Shown: in pieces, positions 27,784 to 32,000 of the stretch
Numbering within the stretch: position 1 is the stretch's first letter
How the letters are laid out: every line of letters starts with the position of its first letter
From: Caedibacter taeniospiralis
GTDB taxonomy: Bacteria; Pseudomonadota; Gammaproteobacteria; Francisellales; Francisellaceae
NCBI RefSeq assembly: GCF_002803295.2
Contig: NZ_PGGB02000013.1
Coordinates: 1 to 32,000 of the forward strand
Direction: 5' to 3'
DNA: 32,000 nucleotides
The notes under the pieces: generated by a model
What the model saw: only the letters and a program-made list of their open reading frames with translations
Told to the model about the DNA's origin: nothing
Databases searched by the model: none
Translations under genes and position numbers: made by a program

Positions 27784-29571
27784 TTAATTGCTTGCAATAA
27801 TTTGCAACAGCCATTTTTTGTTTTTGTTTAATAGTTCATATTGACTCAGTGGTTGCTGGTAAGCGACACCCATATACTGCAAAGCTTGCTGTGCAATACT
27901 GGCAAACACAGGAGCCGCAGACACCCCGCCAAATTGGTAAAAGTGACTTCCTTTGGGATTGTTGATCCAGACAACAATAGCAAGCCTTGGATTGCTGACG
28001 GGCGCAATGCCCGCAAAGATCGCATTGTATTGATCAACAAATTGACCATTGGCAACGCGATGTGAGGTCCCTGTTTTACCCGCAACCTCAAATCCTGGGA
28101 TATTGGCAAGAATTCCCGTGCCATGAATGCTAACAACGGTTTGTAGCATGGCAAGTACTTCCTGGGCAATGTTTTCAGGGAGGACTTGTGGGCATGTTAT
28201 ATCGCCTCGATGTTTGAGTTTGATAAGACTTACAGGGCATAGCCTGCCATTGTTACCAAAAATAGTATAAGCATGGGCAAGTTGTAAGGCGGATGTGTTG
28301 AGTGCATAGCCAAATGAAAGAGTTGCAAATTCAAACTCGCTTAATGAATTTAAGGTGGGCAAATAACCGTTGGTTGCCCGTGGGAAATTAATGCCTGATG
28401 GTTGACCAAAGCCTAATGTGGAAAGAAAGTTATACATGGCTTCTTTGTCTAGTGTCATGGTTACCTTGCTAACACCAACATTACTGGACTTCTCTAGAAT
28501 TTGAGAGAGGCTGATGTTGCCAAAGTTAGCGTCATCACGGATTCGGTGATGTTGCAAGAAATAGTAGCCTGGGTTGGTGTCGATGATACTATCAGGCGTG
28601 TATTTTCCTGACAAGAGTGCTTGTGAGATAAAAAATGGTTTAATGGTAGAACCTGGTTCAAACGTTTCGATGACAGGTTGCAAGGCAAGCGCATTACCTG
28701 TATGTTCATTGAAGTTGTTAGGATTAAAACTTGGGTAGCTGGCTAGTGCCAATATTTCACCGTTTTTTGGATCAATAACAACGGCAGCGCCGGCGTCCGC
28801 ATTGGTATCGATGACACCTTGTTTAAGTGCATTATAAGCAAAACTTTGGATGTTGCTGTCTATGGTTAAATGAATATTTTTACCTAAGTGATAATGCTGA
28901 GCTGTCCCATCAAAGGTAATGGCATGCGCTTTTCCATCTAACTCACTGGAAAGTGTACCTTGTTCCGCCTTAAGCTCAGTTTGATAAGCGAGCATCAGAC
29001 CATCCTGTCCCTGATTGGCAATATCAGTAAAGCCTACTAAGGGGGCAATTTCATCGGCTTTGGGATAATAGGTCCTGTTTTGATCTTCGATTTGAACACC
29101 AGGTATGTGCAATACTTTTAAATCATCAATTTTAGAAGGCTCGACAAATTGTGCTGCAATGTAATATGGTTTGTTGGGGTATTTTTGGATGAGCTCCTTT
29201 ATGTCAGCAAGAGACAAGCCATCAACATTGGCTTGATCAATTTTTTGGTAGTCATCAGGATGCTCTTTGAGGACCCTGATATCTAAAACGATCCTATAAA
29301 GGTTGGTACTCACTGCCAAGGGGATGCCATTTCTATCGTAGATAATCCCATAGGTTGCATTTAGATCAATGGTGCGGTGACTTTCGCTGTAACCACGATC
29401 GTTTAGAAACTTTTTATCGGTCGTCGTTAGATAAAACAAGCGATAAACAAGTGCTAGGAAAATGCTCACAATGATCAAGAAAGTAAAAAAGAAGCGCCAA
29501 ATGTGTCGTGGTTTTGGATTTTTTTGCAGTTTATTTATAGTTGTCGGGGAGCTTTTATACGCTTGCTTCAT
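27784..29571 (-). CDS. ftsI: Penicillin-binding protein 2/3 (FtsI-like transpeptidase)
   Basis: 595 aa; single N-terminal TM; EPGSTIKPFFI, SSNVGVSK, KTGTSHR motifs. Confidence 0.88.
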   Translation of the reverse strand: MKQAYKSSPTTINKLQKNPKPRHIWRFFFTFLIIVSIFLALVYRLFYLTTTDKKFLNDRGYSESHRTIDLNATYGIIYDRNGIPLAVSTNLYRIVLDIRVLKEHPDDYQKIDQANVDGLSLADIKELIQKYPNKPYYIAAQFVEPSKIDDLKVLHIPGVQIEDQNRTYYPKADEIAPLVGFTDIANQGQDGLMLAYQTELKAEQGTLSSELDGKAHAITFDGTAQHYHLGKNIHLTIDSNIQSFAYNALKQGVIDTNADAGAAVVIDPKNGEILALASYPSFNPNNFNEHTGNALALQPVIETFEPGSTIKPFFISQALLSGKYTPDSIIDTNPGYYFLQHHRIRDDANFGNISLSQILEKSSNVGVSKVTMTLDKEAMYNFLSTLGFGQPSGINFPRATNGYLPTLNSLSEFEFATLSFGYALNTSALQLAHAYTIFGNNGRLCPVSLIKLKHRGDITCPQVLPENIAQEVLAMLQTVVSIHGTGILANIPGFEVAGKTGTSHRVANGQFVDQYNAIFAGIAPVSNPRLAIVVWINNPKGSHFYQFGGVSAAPVFASIAQQALQYMGVAYQQPLSQYELLNKNKKWLLQIIASN

Positions 29572-29632
29572 GTATGAATGGTATAGCTACTTGGTGTCGT
29601 TGGCACTGAGTGTACGGGAATTTGTGTCATAT

Positions 29633-29664
29633 AGCCAGGGGCGAAATATTTTTCGCCCCTGGCT
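29633..29664. repeat. 14-bp perfect inverted repeat with 4-nt loop
   Basis: AGCCAGGGGCGAAA-TATT-TTTCGCCCCTGGCT. Confidence 0.85.
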
Positions 29665-29756
29665 CAGGTGGCAATTGCCTTTTGTGGCTAATCTTGGTAT
29701 ACATAAGGGCGAAATTGAGGGTGAATAAAATCGCTCCGACCATCTTTCCACGCAGT

Positions 29757-29819
29757 GGATTCCCGTCTCCGCAGGAATGACCGTGAATATTTTGTTTGGG
29801 CGGGAAATTTGTCTAAGTC
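29757..29819. repeat. Dispersed intergenic repeat related to 12511..12571
   Basis: GGATTCCCGTCTCCGCAGGAATGACCGTGAATATTTTGTTTGGGCGGGAAATTTGTCTAAGTC. Confidence 0.8.
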
Positions 29820-29849
29820 AATAAAATAAAACGAAGGTGACATATATCT

Positions 29850-31049
29850 ATGTATAGTATTGAGCAAACATTAGCGGTGATTAAGCGTGGTGCAGAAGAG
29901 GTTTTGTTGGAAGAAGACTTAGTTGCTAAGCTCAAGAAAAAGAAACCGTTAGTTGTCAAATTTGGCTGTGATCCAACGGCACCTGATATTCATTTGGGGC
30001 ACACGGTGGTGATTAATAAATTACGTCAGTTACAGGATTTAGGGCATGAGATCCATTTCTTAATTGGGAACTTTACCGCGCAAATTGGTGATCCAACGGG
30101 CAAAAATACGACTCGACCACCCTTGTCGACCAAAGAGGTTGAGGAAAATGCCAAGACGTATCAACAGCAGATTTTTAAAATTCTGGATCGTGAGAAGACC
30201 ATCATTAAACGCAATGGTGACTGGTTTGATCAAATGAGTGCCAGTGACGTGATCAAATTGGCTTCCAGGCAAACGGTGGCAAGGATGCTTGAGCGCGATG
30301 ATTTCTCTAAGCGCTATAAATCAGGACAAGGCATTGCGATTCATGAGTTTTTATATCCGCTGGTGCAAGGATATGATTCGGTTGAGATGAAGGCAGATAT
30401 TGAACTAGGAGGAACCGATCAGAAGTTTAATTTATTGATGGGTAGAGAGCTACAAAAACAGGCAGGACAAGAGCCACAGGTGATTATTACCATGCCGTTG
30501 TTAGCGGGTTTGGATGGCGTCAAGAAAATGTCTAAATCAGCGAATAATTACATTGGGATTGAGGAACCAGCAGATGAGATGTTTGGTAAAATCATGTCGA
30601 TCTCGGATGAGCTTATGTGGCGTTACTATGAACTGTTGAGCTTTAAACCCATGTCAGAAATCAATTATTTAAAACAAGCGGTGGCAGACGGCTATAATCC
30701 GCGGGATGTCAAGATTGCACTGGCGAAAGAGATCATTGCACGCTTTCATGATGAGGTGGCGGCGGAACAAGCCCATCAGCATTTTATTGATCGTTTTCAA
30801 AAGAATCAGATTCCGGAGGATTTGCCCGAGGAAACCATCCAGTTAGAAGAAGATAATATGCCGATTGCCAATGTGCTAAAGCTCGCAGGATTAGTTTCCA
30901 GCACATCAGAGGCGATTCGTATGATTAAGCAGGGTGCGGTTAAAATCAATGGGGATAAAGTAGAGAACCCTCAGCTTGCATTAAAGCAAAAAACCTCGGA
31001 TATTTATCAGGTAGGTAAGAGAAAATTTGCCAAGATTACACTGTCATAG
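29850..31049 (+). CDS. tyrS: Tyrosyl-tRNA synthetase
   Basis: 399 aa; [31 protein letters not shown]-terminal S4 domain. Confidence 0.97.
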   Translation: MYSIEQTLAVIKRGAEEVLLEEDLVAKLKKKKPLVVKFGCDPTAPDIHLGHTVVINKLRQLQDLGHEIHFLIGNFTAQIGDPTGKNTTRPPLSTKEVEENAKTYQQQIFKILDREKTIIKRNGDWFDQMSASDVIKLASRQTVARMLERDDFSKRYKSGQGIAIHEFLYPLVQGYDSVEMKADIELGGTDQKFNLLMGRELQKQAGQEPQVIITMPLLAGLDGVKKMSKSANNYIGIEEPADEMFGKIMSISDELMWRYYELLSFKPMSEINYLKQAVADGYNPRDVKIALAKEIIARFHDEVAAEQAHQHFIDRFQKNQIPEDLPEETIQLEEDNMPIANVLKLAGLVSSTSEAIRMIKQGAVKINGDKVENPQLALKQKTSDIYQVGKRKFAKITLS

Positions 31050-31057
31050 GAGAAAAA

Positions 31058-31255
31058 ATGGAAAAGTTTATTCAAGAAGTTCTCGTCGTCTTTACAGCAT
31101 TAATCGCATTGGTGGTGTTGTATTATGCGTTTGTTTTTTTATTCTGGATTTTATTAGTTGCCATAATGGTAACTGCAGTTTATCGCATTATTAAATTTAT
31201 TGTTGGCTTATTTATGTCAAAGAGCAATCATGTGATTGAACATGAAGATCTATAA
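31058..31255 (+). CDS. Small two-TM membrane protein of unknown function
   Basis: 65 aa, 8 bp after tyrS; VVFTALIALVVLYYAFVFLFWILLVAIMVTAVYRIIKFIVGLF. Confidence 0.55.
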   Translation: MEKFIQEVLVVFTALIALVVLYYAFVFLFWILLVAIMVTAVYRIIKFIVGLFMSKSNHVIEHEDL

Positions 31256-31273
31256 GCATTAAAAGAGGCATGC

Positions 31274-31906
31274 GTGATGAAGAAGTGCCACAGGCTGGTC
31301 TTAAGTGTATTGGTGATTATTCTTGCTGGTTGTGATAAGTATGAGCATAAGTTAGATAAAACAGACCTCAAAGAGGGTGAGTATGCCGATGAGATCCAAG
31401 CACACCTTAAGGTTCGTGAATCTCAGCTTGAGTTGTTATTTTCAAGCCAGCGTATTCTGCACACGCTTAAGCGCGCCAACGTGCGCTTGGCAGAAGAGAC
31501 ACCATTATCTATTGAGCGCTATCAATCACTGGATCAAAGTATGCAAAAATCGCGCGATACTTTTAATGTTCAACTCTTGCTTTATAATGCGTGCGCTATT
31601 GAGCTTAAGCAGTTTCAAGCGGAACATTCCGCCTTTGTCGAAATCTTTGTGACGGATTTATCTGGAATGAATGTCTGCCAGACAAACATGACGACGGATT
31701 TTTATCAGGCGGATGAGAGGTGGTGGCAACAAGCCTATAATGAGGGCAAGGGAAAGATTTGTTACGGTGAGATTAGCTATGATGCCAGTGCAGCAGAGAT
31801 TGTCGCACCGATTTATATGCCAATCTATGAAAAGCACAAATTGATTGGCTTGGCAAAGGCGTTGGTTTCTATTCATGACCTTTATAAAACTGAGTTTAGC
31901 CAGTAG
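31274..31906 (+). CDS. Predicted lipoprotein of unknown function
   Basis: 210 aa; lipobox MKKCHRLVLSVLVIILAGC; same strand and closely spaced after tyrS. Confidence 0.7.
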   Translation: MMKKCHRLVLSVLVIILAGCDKYEHKLDKTDLKEGEYADEIQAHLKVRESQLELLFSSQRILHTLKRANVRLAEETPLSIERYQSLDQSMQKSRDTFNVQLLLYNACAIELKQFQAEHSAFVEIFVTDLSGMNVCQTNMTTDFYQADERWWQQAYNEGKGKICYGEISYDASAAEIVAPIYMPIYEKHKLIGLAKALVSIHDLYKTEFSQ

Positions 31907-32000
31907 TAATTAATTTGACTCACGTCGAACTCAGGTTAGGTAATGATGTAATTCTAAAATAATGACAAAAAGTCATGCAATTTTCTGGATTTTGAAATGA

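Overview
Window from a gammaproteobacterial-type chromosome (gene content is compatible with Legionellales/Coxiella-like bacteria, but taxonomy was not tested). It carries a housekeeping backbone: tig-clpP-clpX-lon-hupB-ppiD-miaA, obgE, a LysM/M23 lipoprotein, fumC, a BtuF-like binding protein, an aquaporin-family gene, nupC, ygfB-ubiH-ubiI, lplA, a K+ channel, an APC permease, ftsI and tyrS. The best candidate for a distinctive system is a compact minus-strand operon at 17761..19746. It encodes a secreted Cys-rich low-complexity peptide, an MNIO/DUF692 enzyme and a DUF2063 partner, i.e. a bufferin/HvfABC-type RiPP cluster. The precursor has an unusual 11-aa (33-bp) tandem repeat around the Cys-Gly motifs, and no DoxX-like gene is adjacent. 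Smaller observations: an in-frame TGA replacing the expected Trp of an aquaporin C-terminus; a frameshifted alpha/beta-hydrolase pseudogene with a foreign-looking insert; a 45-aa MazE-antitoxin-like C-terminal ORF below the ORF-track cutoff; a structurally degenerate tRNA-Ala(UGC)-like sequence after hupB; an IS66 TnpA-like fragment and an Rpn-transposase remnant missing from the ORF track; and a family of dispersed palindromic intergenic repeats. All calls come from reading the sequence; no database search was run.
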